Assembly (NCBI GenBank): GCA_934153675.1
Contig: CAKPFG010000001.1
Span: forward strand, 75,426 to 139,425
From: an uncultured Bacilli bacterium
GTDB lineage: Bacteria; Bacillota_I; Bacilli_A; RF39; UBA660
DNA length: 64,000 nt
Direction: 5' to 3'
The notes under the pieces were generated by a model. The model was given only the letters and a program-made list of their open reading frames with translations. It ran no database searches and was not told the DNA's origin. The position numbers and the translations under genes are program-made. Shown here piece after piece: positions 9,437 to 18,788 of the stretch. How positions within the stretch are numbered: the first letter of the stretch is position 1; each line of letters begins with the position of its first letter.

Positions 9437-10087
9437 ATGGGAAAGATAATAGTAGTTGAAGGTGCTGTTGATGGCATTGGTAAAAGCACTCAATATAATA
9501 AATTATATGAATATTTATCGTCTAAATATAAGGTTTATAAATATCATTTTCCAACTTATGATAAATATCAAGGACTTGCTGTTATTGAATATTTAAAAGG
9601 TAATTATGGTGATATAAATAAACTATCTCCATACTTTATTAACAGTTTGTATGCTATGGATCGAGCAATTACTTATATTACGGAATTAAAAAAATATTAT
9701 GATGATGATTATGTTATATTACTTGATAGGTATACAACATCTTCTATTATTTATCAATCTTGTTTAATAAATGATAAGCAAAAACGACTTGAATTTATAA
9801 ATTATATAACAGATTTTGAATATAATAGACTTAATCTTCCAAAACCCGATAAGGTAATATTTTTAACCGCTGATTTTGACGTAATTACAAATTTAAGAAA
9901 TTTAAGAAGCTCGAATGATGGAGTAAAAAATGATATTCATGAAGAAAATATAGATTTTTTAAAAAAAGTTTATGATAATGCCAATTTCATTGCAAAATAC
10001 TTAAAGTGGGATATTGTTGATTGTAATTCTAATGGTCGGATGGATAGTATAGAAAACATTTTTACTAAAATAAAGAGCAAAATATAA
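9437..10087 (+). CDS. P-loop nucleotide/nucleoside kinase of the dTMP-kinase / deoxynucleoside-kinase family
   Basis: IIVVEGAVDGIGKST Walker A in the thymidylate-kinase arrangement; LLDRYTTSSIIYQ corresponds to the DRY..S..AYQ lid/substrate motif. Confidence 0.6.
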   Translation: MGKIIVVEGAVDGIGKSTQYNKLYEYLSSKYKVYKYHFPTYDKYQGLAVIEYLKGNYGDINKLSPYFINSLYAMDRAITYITELKKYYDDDYVILLDRYTTSSIIYQSCLINDKQKRLEFINYITDFEYNRLNLPKPDKVIFLTADFDVITNLRNLRSSNDGVKNDIHEENIDFLKKVYDNANFIAKYLKWDIVDCNSNGRMDSIENIFTKIKSKI

Positions 10088-10716
10088 TTATCAAATTATA
10101 TAATATATTTTCTTATTACATTTAAATATGTTAGTGTAGAACAAGTGTGAAGATTTTTCTAAAAAAGATTTATAATTGAATTAATTTTACAATTAGAAAG
10201 TAGATTGGTCAATATAATTCTTTTTAAATATATTTAATACTTCTAAAAGAAAGTAATTCTGATAACTTATATTATCACTAGGGTTATCAAAAAAGGAAAT
10301 AGAAGTGTTTATATTATATTTTAACTAATGATTAGAAGTAAGTTTTTTATCATCTTTGAAAATGTATTTTAAATGTTTTATAACATAATAAAATAGGTCA
10401 AGAACAAGTTTTGCATTAAAAACAATTAGTATAGTTTTTAATACCAGTACTTATCAACAGATATAAATATGACTTTAAACTTATTAATATCATATTTTTT
10501 TTTTACATAGTCAAATATTATTTTTTCCAATTTTTCATATGTTAGTTTAGAAGAAGCAAGGTAATGAATATTTTTAAGCTTTTTTCTTTTTTTATTTGTT
10601 TATAGGTATTGTTATATAAATCTCCCCATTTTGGAAATATTATCTTTAAATATCATGGATTTGACACTATTAAAAAAATGTGCTATCATACTTCCTACAA
10701 AGAGGGGGATTACAAT

Positions 10717-11395
10717 GAAGGATTGTAAATATGAAAAATTAACAAATGAAAAATATGAGGAATTATTAGAACAATACGATAATTCTACTGTTCAAATTTG
10801 TGAACAAAAAAATGAATTTTTAAATAGTGTGTACAGTAATGAGGATAGAATCAAGGAAATTTATGATGAACTTGATGAAAATGAAAGTAAAATTGAAAAA
10901 GTAAAATATGAATTAAGAAAAGTAGAAAGTTCGCTAGAACATAATCGTGATGATATAAGAAAAATAGAAAGTCATCATGAAAGTTGTTTAGAGGCAAAAA
11001 ATATTTGGAATTATCAATTTAAAAATGGTATAATTGATGAGGAAAATTATTTAATGGCCAATAAAAGTATTTTAAATAATATGAAAAAAGATAAAGCTGC
11101 TTTTTTGAAACACAAAACAATAATTAATAATTTAAATGCTTTAAAAAAAGATTTGATTTGTCAATTAAATAAATTGAAAGAAAAGAATTCTCAATTAGAG
11201 AATGAAAGAAAATTTCTTTCTAAAAATATAAAAATTACCAATAAGAATATTAAACGTTGTGACCAAAATACTGATAGTATTAATGCAACTAGAATGATTG
11301 TTGATAAAATGTATTTAAAAGTTGACGATAGTCAAGATATTGAATCTAGTATATTTAGTCCAAAACAACGTAAATTAAAACAAAAAAGAAAATAA
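10717..11395 (+). CDS. Coiled-coil hypothetical protein (ORF open from 10631; start at 10717 preferred from RBS agaggggg)
   Basis: K/E/N-rich heptad-like sequence; no catalytic motif. Confidence 0.45.
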
Positions 11396-11423
11396 ATAAC
11401 ATATTTTCTTTTTTTGTCAATTC

Positions 11424-11972
11424 TTATATTAATCTTAATTCATATTCTTGATAAAATTGATGATTTGGATCAATTCTATCATAAAATAAAATGCCGTTTA
11501 AGTGGTCAATTTCATGCTGAAATGCAATAGATAATTCTTCGCGAGCTCTAATTTTTATCTTTTTACCATTTAAATCGTATCCTTCAACGGTTACTCTTGC
11601 ATATCTTTTCACGTGTCCTTCAACCTCACGATTTACGCTTAAGCATCCTTCACCAGCTTCTGCTGCTATCATTTCGTTTGAATAACTAACTATTTTTGGA
11701 TTAACAACAACATATTCATCAAAGATACCAGTTTCAACTTCATGTACAATAATAATTATTCTTTCATTTATTCCAAGTTGTGGAAAAGCGAGCCCCATAC
11801 CTGGCCTTAAATTGTACTTTTCAGCATATTTTTCAATTTGACTATATGTTAGTTCATCTATAGCTCTTTTAATTAAATTTTTATATTCTTTCTTTAATGG
11901 AAATGTTGCATCAACGCTAACCTTGCGTAGTGCTTTTTCTTTTTCATCTAAAATATTTAATTTTTTAAACAT
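11424..11972 (-). CDS. def: Peptide deformylase
   Basis: Motifs GMGLAFPQLG, EGCLSV and QHEIDHLNG (the three PDF metal/active-site boxes). Start at the MFKKLN ATG (11972) with RBS ggtgg; ORF open to 11999. Confidence 0.85.
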   Translation of the reverse strand: MFKKLNILDEKEKALRKVSVDATFPLKKEYKNLIKRAIDELTYSQIEKYAEKYNLRPGMGLAFPQLGINERIIIIVHEVETGIFDEYVVVNPKIVSYSNEMIAAEAGEGCLSVNREVEGHVKRYARVTVEGYDLNGKKIKIRAREELSIAFQHEIDHLNGILFYDRIDPNHQFYQEYELRLI

Positions 11973-12098
11973 AAAACCACCGAAGATATTATAGCACAAA
12001 ATATATAAAAATAAAAACCCTAATTCAATACAAAAATGAATTAGGGCCTTATTTTTCTTAGTGTTTTCTTTTTGTTGAAAATTTAAAAATGGTTTTAA

Positions 12099-12266
12099 TT
12101 AATTACGAAAGTTATTTCCGCCCCAAGCACGAGCACCAATAACTATTACTAACAATATAAATAACACTAATATTATAGCTGCACCATAAGAAGTTCCATA
12201 TCCGTTACATCCTGAATAGCCAGCTGGATATCCACCGTATCCTTGATATCCACCATAATAATACAT
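12099..12266 (-). CDS. Tiny YjcZ-family membrane protein (55 aa; TIGR01732-like), not in ORF track
   Basis: Minus-strand translation MYYYGGYQGYGGYPAGYSGCNGYGTSYGAAIILVLFILLVIVIGARAWGGNNFRN; RBS ataggaggg; G/Y-rich head plus the conserved AAI.LVLFILL.I.IG tail. Confidence 0.55.
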   Translation of the reverse strand: MYYYGGYQGYGGYPAGYSGCNGYGTSYGAAIILVLFILLVIVIGARAWGGNNFRN

Positions 12267-12390
12267 ATAAACCCTCCTATCTATTCAATATATTTTATTT
12301 TTTTAATTCAATTTTGATTATTAGAATTACCTATTTTTTTATTTATTGTCAAATTAAAAAAAACATGATATCATTATAATAGGTGATATC

Positions 12391-13542
12391 ATGCGAAAAG
12401 CGTTGAAGGATACTGATAAAATTCTTTTATTTATAACAATAGTACTAAGTTTATTTGGCCTTTTTAATATTGTAACTGCATCGAGTAGGGAAGCTGTTAT
12501 AAATTTGGATCAGTCAATTTATTATTATTTTTATAGACATTTAATAATTTTAATAATAGCTCTTTTTGCTAGTTTAGTAGTAATAAAAATTCCTTTAAAA
12601 AAATATTATAAATTTATTCCATTTTTATATTTTACTATATTAGGTTTAAATTTATTTTTAGTAGTTCAGGGTCAAGCCACTAGAGGAGCATCCAACTGGA
12701 TTAGTTTAGGATTTTTTAATTTACAACCAAGTGAATTTTCTAAGGTTATTATGATATTGTGCCTTTCTTATATGCTTGAAAAATTTAATAAAGTATTAAA
12801 AAGTGATAAGATAAGTCATTTGAAATATTTGCTTATAATAATTTTTATTGGTTTTCCTATAATATTATTAGTATGTTTGCAAAAAGATTTAGGAACCGCT
12901 ATTATATTAGCTGTAATTTTCTTCGTTATTTATTTTACTAGTCCAATTACTAGTAGTGATAAATTAAAAACAATTGTTATTGGTATATTCTTATTTTTAA
13001 TATCATTTATGGGGCTTTTTATATGTAAGGGAAATCCATTAACAAAGGCACAATTATCTAGGTTTAATTATTATAATCCTTGTAGTAATTATACTACTAC
13101 TGGTTATCAGGTATGTAATGCCTTTATTGCTATTAATAAGGGAGGTCTATTTGGTCTTGGAATAGGTAAAAGTACGCAAAAGTATTCTTATATACCAGAA
13201 CCACATACAGATATGGTATTTTCTATTATTTCAGAGGAAAACGGCTTACTCGGTGGTAGTTTAATATTTTTATGTTATATCATTTTAATTTATCGTATAA
13301 TACGTTTATCTAGAATTACTGATACTATAAAAAATAGGTATATATGTATAGGTGTTGCAACATATATTTTTATGCATATTGCAATTAATTTAGGTGGTTT
13401 ATTTGGTCTTATACCATTAACAGGAGTCCCATTACCATTTTTATCATATGGTGGTAGTTTTACTTTATCACTTTTAATAGCGCTTGCTTTAGTTCAGCGA
13501 GTTTATATAGAAACAAAAAGGAGAATGTCAAATGCACGATAA
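12391..13542 (+). CDS. SEDS-family peptidoglycan glycosyltransferase (FtsW/RodA/SpoVE family)
   Basis: 10-TM protein with family motifs NWISLGFFNLQPSEFSKV, PEPHTDMVFS, PLPFLSYGGS. Confidence 0.8.
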   Translation: MRKALKDTDKILLFITIVLSLFGLFNIVTASSREAVINLDQSIYYYFYRHLIILIIALFASLVVIKIPLKKYYKFIPFLYFTILGLNLFLVVQGQATRGASNWISLGFFNLQPSEFSKVIMILCLSYMLEKFNKVLKSDKISHLKYLLIIIFIGFPIILLVCLQKDLGTAIILAVIFFVIYFTSPITSSDKLKTIVIGIFLFLISFMGLFICKGNPLTKAQLSRFNYYNPCSNYTTTGYQVCNAFIAINKGGLFGLGIGKSTQKYSYIPEPHTDMVFSIISEENGLLGGSLIFLCYIILIYRIIRLSRITDTIKNRYICIGVATYIFMHIAINLGGLFGLIPLTGVPLPFLSYGGSFTLSLLIALALVQRVYIETKRRMSNAR

Positions 13543-13766
13543 AACGAAAGATGAAAATACTAAAAAAGATGTAAATGAGTTATTAGATGATTATTTTGAT
13601 TTTAGTAGTTTAGAAGAGGAATAAAATTTCAAAATTAATATTTAATACAAAAAATATTGCATTTTAAATAAATATAGTGTATATTATTTATGTTACTTAT
13701 TCTTGGTTTTGAGTAGTCTCCGACTCATTACTGGGTTTAAGCTTATATAAGGAAAGGAGAATTTGA

Positions 13767-14036
13767 ATGGCTTTAAATAAAGAAAAGAAAGCAGAATTGG
13801 TTAAAAAATTTGGAAAAAATGAACAAGATACAGGTTCTATTGAAGTACAAATTGCTATTTTAACTGAAGAAATTAATTCTTTAACTAATCATTTTAAAGA
13901 ACATAAACATGATCATCATTCTAAAAGAGGACTACTTAAGAAGGTTGGTCAAAGAAAGAGTTTACTTAATTATTTAATTAAAAATGATGTTACTAGATAT
14001 CGTAAAGTTGTTAAAGAATTAGGTTTAAGAAAGTAA
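13767..14036 (+). CDS. rpsO: 30S ribosomal protein S15
   Basis: 89 aa; [16 protein letters not shown]...[24 protein letters not shown] signature; RBS aaggagaa. Confidence 0.95.
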   Translation: MALNKEKKAELVKKFGKNEQDTGSIEVQIAILTEEINSLTNHFKEHKHDHHSKRGLLKKVGQRKSLLNYLIKNDVTRYRKVVKELGLRK

Positions 14037-14044
14037 TTATATTG

Positions 14045-14075
14045 GACACTCTTTTTTTTGAGTGTCTTTATTTTA
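14045..14075 (+). terminator. Intrinsic terminator/attenuator hairpin between rpsO and pnp
   Basis: gacactc-tttttttt-gagtgtc stem-loop followed by tttatttt, immediately upstream of the pnp RBS. Confidence 0.6.
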
Positions 14076-14085
14076 AGGAGGAAGA

Positions 14086-16215
14086 ATGAAAAAAATATAT
14101 GAATTAGATTTTAGGGGAAGAAAATTAGTTGTAGAAATTGGTGAACTTGCCAAACAAGCTACTGGTTCTTGTTTAGTAAGATACGGTGATACTGTCGTTC
14201 TTTCTACTGTTGTAGTAAGTAAAAATGCTAATGTTTTATCTGATTTCTTTCCTCTAATGGTTTTATATCAAGAAAAATTATATTCTGTTGGCAAAATACC
14301 AGGTGGATTTATAAAAAGAGAAGGACGTCCAACGGAGGCAGCAACTTTAGCAGCTCGTATGATAGATAGGCCAATGAGACCAATGTTTCCTGAAAATTTT
14401 AGAAATGAGGTACAGGTTGTAAATACTATTTTGAGTGTTGATCCTGATAATTCTCCAGAAATGGCTGCTATGTTTGCTTCTTCATTAGCAACATCAATTA
14501 GTAAAATACCTTTTGATGGTCCTATTTCTGGTGTTAAAGTAGGTAGAATAAATGAAAAATTTATCATTAATCCAACTGTAGATGAAACTAATAATTCTGA
14601 TATAGATTTAACTGTTGCTGGAACAATAGATGCAATTAATATGGTAGAAGCAGGTGCAAAAGAAGTAACGGAAAGTGAAATGCTTGATGCATTAGAGTTT
14701 GGCTTTGAAGCTATAAAGGAATTGAATCAGTTTCAGAAAAAGATTATTGATGATATTGGTGTAGAAAAAATGGAATATGAAGTATTAGATATTCCAGAAT
14801 ATTTAAAAATAGATATTAGTAATATGTGTAGAGATAAATTAGATTCTGCACTTAGAATTAAAGGAAAACTTGAAAAATATCAAGCAATTGATAATGTAAA
14901 AGAAGAAGTAATTTCATACTATGAAAATAATAATAAAGATTTAGAAGAAAAAGAATTAACTATTTTACTTACTAAAGTAAAATTAGTATTGGAAAAGATA
15001 GAATATGATTTATTTAGAAGTATTGTAGTAAAAGAAAAATTGCGTGCTGATGGAAGAAATATGGATGAAATTAGACCATTATCTGCAAGTGTTGATTTGC
15101 TTCCAAGGACACATGGATCTGCTTTATTTACACGAGGTGAAACTCAGAGTTTATCTGTAACAACGCTCGGTGCATTAGGAGAGCATCAAATTTTGGATGG
15201 CCTTGATTTAGAAACAGAAAAAAGATTTATGTTGCACTATAATTTTCCTCAATTTTCAGTAGGAGAAACAGGCCGATATGGAGCCCCTGGAAGAAGAGAA
15301 ATAGGGCATGGTGCTCTTGGCGAACGAGCTTTAGCACAAGTTATACCAAGCGAGGAAGAATTTCCTTATACTATCCGTGTTGTATCTGAAATATTAGAGT
15401 CAAATGGATCATCGTCTCAAGCTAGCATTTGTGCAGGTTGCATGAGCCTTATGTCGGCTGGTGTTCCAATCAAAAGTCCAGTTGCTGGAATTGCAATGGG
15501 ATTAATTACTTATGGTGATGATTATACTATTTTAACAGATATTCAAGGAATGGAAGATCATTTAGGCGATATGGATTTTAAAGTTGCAGGTACGAAGGAT
15601 GGAATTTGTGCTTTACAAATGGATATAAAAATAAAAGGAATTACTAAAGAAATATTACAAGAAGCATTATCAAAGGCAAAAATAGCTAGAATGAAGGTAT
15701 TAAAGGTAATGCTTGATACAATTAAAGAACCTAGAAAAGAAGTAAGTAAATATGCTCCAAAAACATTATCATTTATGGTTGATCCAGAAAAAATAAAAGA
15801 TATTATAGGTAAGGGTGGAGAAATGATTACAAAAATTATCCAAGATGCAAGTGGCGTTGTTAGTGTAAATGACGTAAATGCTGTTAAAGTTGATCTTGAA
15901 GATGATGGCAAAGTAATTATATATCATAATAATAAGGAAATAATTGAAAAAACAGCTAAAATGATAAAAGATGTTATTCGTGTTCCAGAAGAAGGAAAAA
16001 TATATAAAGGAAAAGTTGTTAAAATTATTGACTCTGGTTGCTTTGTTGAAATATGGCCTGGATGTGATGGAATGGTACATATTTCAGAACTTGATACCAA
16101 AAGAGTTGATAAGGTTATAGATATTGCTAATGTTGGCGATGATATGATTGTAAAATGTTTGGGATATGACAAAAAGGGAAGATTGAACTTATCTAGAAAA
16201 GCCGCTTTAAAGTAA
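14086..16215 (+). CDS. pnp: Polyribonucleotide nucleotidyltransferase (PNPase)
   Basis: 709 aa; two RNase PH domains, a KH domain and an S1 domain (GKVVKIIDSGCFVEI..DGMVHISEL). Confidence 0.95.
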   Translation: MKKIYELDFRGRKLVVEIGELAKQATGSCLVRYGDTVVLSTVVVSKNANVLSDFFPLMVLYQEKLYSVGKIPGGFIKREGRPTEAATLAARMIDRPMRPMFPENFRNEVQVVNTILSVDPDNSPEMAAMFASSLATSISKIPFDGPISGVKVGRINEKFIINPTVDETNNSDIDLTVAGTIDAINMVEAGAKEVTESEMLDALEFGFEAIKELNQFQKKIIDDIGVEKMEYEVLDIPEYLKIDISNMCRDKLDSALRIKGKLEKYQAIDNVKEEVISYYENNNKDLEEKELTILLTKVKLVLEKIEYDLFRSIVVKEKLRADGRNMDEIRPLSASVDLLPRTHGSALFTRGETQSLSVTTLGALGEHQILDGLDLETEKRFMLHYNFPQFSVGETGRYGAPGRREIGHGALGERALAQVIPSEEEFPYTIRVVSEILESNGSSSQASICAGCMSLMSAGVPIKSPVAGIAMGLITYGDDYTILTDIQGMEDHLGDMDFKVAGTKDGICALQMDIKIKGITKEILQEALSKAKIARMKVLKVMLDTIKEPRKEVSKYAPKTLSFMVDPEKIKDIIGKGGEMITKIIQDASGVVSVNDVNAVKVDLEDDGKVIIYHNNKEIIEKTAKMIKDVIRVPEEGKIYKGKVVKIIDSGCFVEIWPGCDGMVHISELDTKRVDKVIDIANVGDDMIVKCLGYDKKGRLNLSRKAALK

Positions 16216-16574
16216 AAGTTAAATAAAAAGTTAGAATATAATGATGTGAACCCCAATTAATAGACAGCATAAAAAACTAGTATATTAAAAAAAATTAGAG
16301 AAATTATTTTTCTCTTTTTCTTTCGCGTACATTGAGGAAAATCTAGTGTTTTTTTAGTATTTTAAATTTTTCTTAGGTAAAATTAGATTCATTTATTCAT
16401 CTAATTTTTAATCCTATAATTTTTGGATGATGCTTTTTTAATCCAAGTAAATATGTACTAGATGGAATATTATATTATTTTGATACATATCTAATAGACA
16501 TTCCTCATTTAATCTTACTTATAATTTCAAGTTTTAAATTATCAGAATATTTATTAAATTTTTATTCTTTTGCT

Positions 16575-16606
16575 ACTACAAAAAATACACTTTCAAAAAG
16601 TGTATT
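16575..16606 (-). terminator. Intrinsic terminator for the HIT gene (minus strand)
   Basis: aatacacttt / aaagtgtatt 10-bp stem with a 3-nt loop and a flanking A/T run. Confidence 0.5.
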
Positions 16607-16656
16607 ATAATATTTTTATTGAACTATTTTTTATACCGGCTACTTTTTTAATAATA

Positions 16657-17016
16657 TTAATTATTTAATATTGTATAAATTTCATTTACTGGTTTTATAA
16701 TATTATTTTCATAGTGTGGTTTTAAATGTAAATGAAAATGTTTTATTTCTTGAATAGTTCCATTATTTTGTACTAATGTTAAACCATCGCAATTTAATTT
16801 ATCATATAATAACTTTTTAATTTTTTTAGCAATCATTAATATATGATTTAAAGTATCAATAGGAATATCATCGATATCTAAATAATGCTTTTTAGGTATT
16901 ATTAATGTATGACCATTACTATCTGGATGAATATCTAAAAAAGCATAAACAATTTCGTCTTCATATAGTTTATAACTGTTAATTTCTTTATTAATAATTT
17001 TGCAAAATAAGCAATC
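16657..17016 (-). CDS. HIT-family (histidine triad) nucleotide hydrolase
   Basis: C-terminal HFHLHLKPH triad; start at MDCLFCKI (17016) preferred from RBS gggag, ORF open to 17034. Confidence 0.8.
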   Translation of the reverse strand, partial: DCLFCKIINKEINSYKLYEDEIVYAFLDIHPDSNGHTLIIPKKHYLDIDDIPIDTLNHILMIAKKIKKLLYDKLNCDGLTLVQNNGTIQEIKHFHLHLKPHYENNIIKPVNEIYTILNN

Positions 17017-17215
17017 CATAAAATCATCTCCCATATATATTTTATCAAAATAAAAAAAAGAGGTAAACTCTTTTTGGTGAATATCTGCGAATATTCTATT
17101 ATAATATTGTTCTTTTTTTCTTTATTTATACATATTTCATTCGCGTTTTTTGTTATTTTTTCAAATAAGCTTTTCTTTTTTTTTCTTTTTTAGTATAATT
17201 ATTTTGGTGATTTAA

Positions 17216-18007
17216 GTGAATATTTTAAAAATAGAAAATTTAAAGGTTCGTGTTTTAGATAGAGTAATACTTGATAAATTTAATTTAGAAATTAAATCTG
17301 GGGAGATACATGTTATAATGGGACCTAATGGTGTTGGAAAAAGTACCCTTTCTAAAGTTATAATGGGGCATCCTGATTATGAAATATTAGAGGGTGGTAT
17401 ATATTATAATGATACTCTTTTAAATGATTTAAAAACTGATGAAAGAGCTAATTTAGGTATATTTTTAGGGATGCAGTTGCCACTAGAGATAGAGGGTGTT
17501 ACAAATGCGGATATGCTAAGAACTGCTTTGCATTCTAAATTAGGAAAAGATTTTAAATTATTTAAATTTATTAATGATATAGAAGATAATGTAAAAAGAT
17601 TAAAAATGAATCCTGACATGATTCATCGTGGAGTTAATTTTGGTTTTAGTGGTGGAGAGCGTAAAAAAAACGAAATATTGCAAATGAATATTTTAAAACC
17701 AACAATGGTATTATTGGATGAAATTGATTCTGGTCTTGATGTTGATAGTTTAAAAGTAGTGGGTGATGAGGTATATAGATATTATACTAAGGAAAATCCT
17801 GGAATTCTTTTAGTAACACATTATAAGCGTTTGCTTGATTATATCAAACCACAATTTGTTCATATAATGATTGATGGCAAAATAGTAAAAACAGGGGATT
17901 TTTCTTTAGTTAAAGAAATAGAAACGGAAGGTTATAGTAAATATATAAACAAAAAAGATAATTCTATTGGAACATGTGTCGTTAAGGAAATGATATCTCA
18001 TGAATAA
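17216..18007 (+). CDS. sufC: Fe-S cluster assembly ATPase SufC
   Basis: GTG start; Walker A GPNGVGKST, ABC signature FSGGERKK, Walker B LLDEIDSGLD; -10 tagtataat located upstream. Confidence 0.9.
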   Translation: MNILKIENLKVRVLDRVILDKFNLEIKSGEIHVIMGPNGVGKSTLSKVIMGHPDYEILEGGIYYNDTLLNDLKTDERANLGIFLGMQLPLEIEGVTNADMLRTALHSKLGKDFKLFKFINDIEDNVKRLKMNPDMIHRGVNFGFSGGERKKNEILQMNILKPTMVLLDEIDSGLDVDSLKVVGDEVYRYYTKENPGILLVTHYKRLLDYIKPQFVHIMIDGKIVKTGDFSLVKEIETEGYSKYINKKDNSIGTCVVKEMISHE

Positions 18008-18785
18008 AATAGTAGTAGTTAATGATAAAATTCAATTTAATGATAGCAATATAGATATAAAAGAAGATAAAAGTGTATTTGGTATAAGTGTAATAGAATT
18101 AAACGTAAAATGTAATTCTTTTCTTTTCTTAGAAATTAATTTAAAAGAATTAACCAAATTACAATTTAATATTAATCTTATGAAAAATGTTAATTTAAAT
18201 CTTTTTATTAAAACCAGTGGTTGTGATGCAAAAATTAAATATAATTTTACTCTTGATGATTATAGTAGTTTAAATGTTGAAAAATATAATGAAGTATCTG
18301 TTTTAAATGAAATGGTTTTAGTTAATTTAAATGGAATTAGTTCTAAAATTGATTATCTATTTAAAAGTATCTGTGTTAACAAAGAAAATTATGATTATGT
18401 GATTAATCATAATAAAGAAAAAACTTGTAGTAATATTAAAAACAATGGTGTAAATTTAAATGGTGTTATGAATATTCAAATAACGGGGAAAGTGCCTAAT
18501 GGTATTAATGATTGTATTTGTAATCAATATAATAGGATTATTAATTTAAGTAAAAATAAGTGTGAAATAAGACCAATATTATATATTGATAGTAAAGAGG
18601 TTTCTGCTAATCACTCAGCATTAATTGGTAGTTTTGAAGATGAAGAATTATTTTATTTAAAAACAATGGGAATAGATGAACATACTGCTTATGATTTATT
18701 GATTAAAGGCTTTTTATTAAGCAATATTACTAATGACTGTATTAAGTCAAAAATAGAAGATGATATTAAAAAGTATTGGAGGTGA
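18000..18785 (+). CDS. sufD: Short SufB/SufD-family Fe-S assembly protein
   Basis: C-terminal ANHSALIGSFEDEELFYLKTMGIDEHTAYDLLIKGF block typical of SufB/D. Only 261 aa. Overlaps sufC by 8 nt. Confidence 0.65.
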   Translation: MNKIVVVNDKIQFNDSNIDIKEDKSVFGISVIELNVKCNSFLFLEINLKELTKLQFNINLMKNVNLNLFIKTSGCDAKIKYNFTLDDYSSLNVEKYNEVSVLNEMVLVNLNGISSKIDYLFKSICVNKENYDYVINHNKEKTCSNIKNNGVNLNGVMNIQITGKVPNGINDCICNQYNRIINLSKNKCEIRPILYIDSKEVSANHSALIGSFEDEELFYLKTMGIDEHTAYDLLIKGFLLSNITNDCIKSKIEDDIKKYWR

Positions 18786-18788
18786 AAT

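Noticed and set aside
10088-10716. ~630-nt AT-rich ORF-free region after the dTMP-kinase-like gene
   Set aside because: No repeats, hairpins with T-tracts or conserved RNA motifs recognised; most likely degenerate intergenic/promoter DNA at the island boundary.
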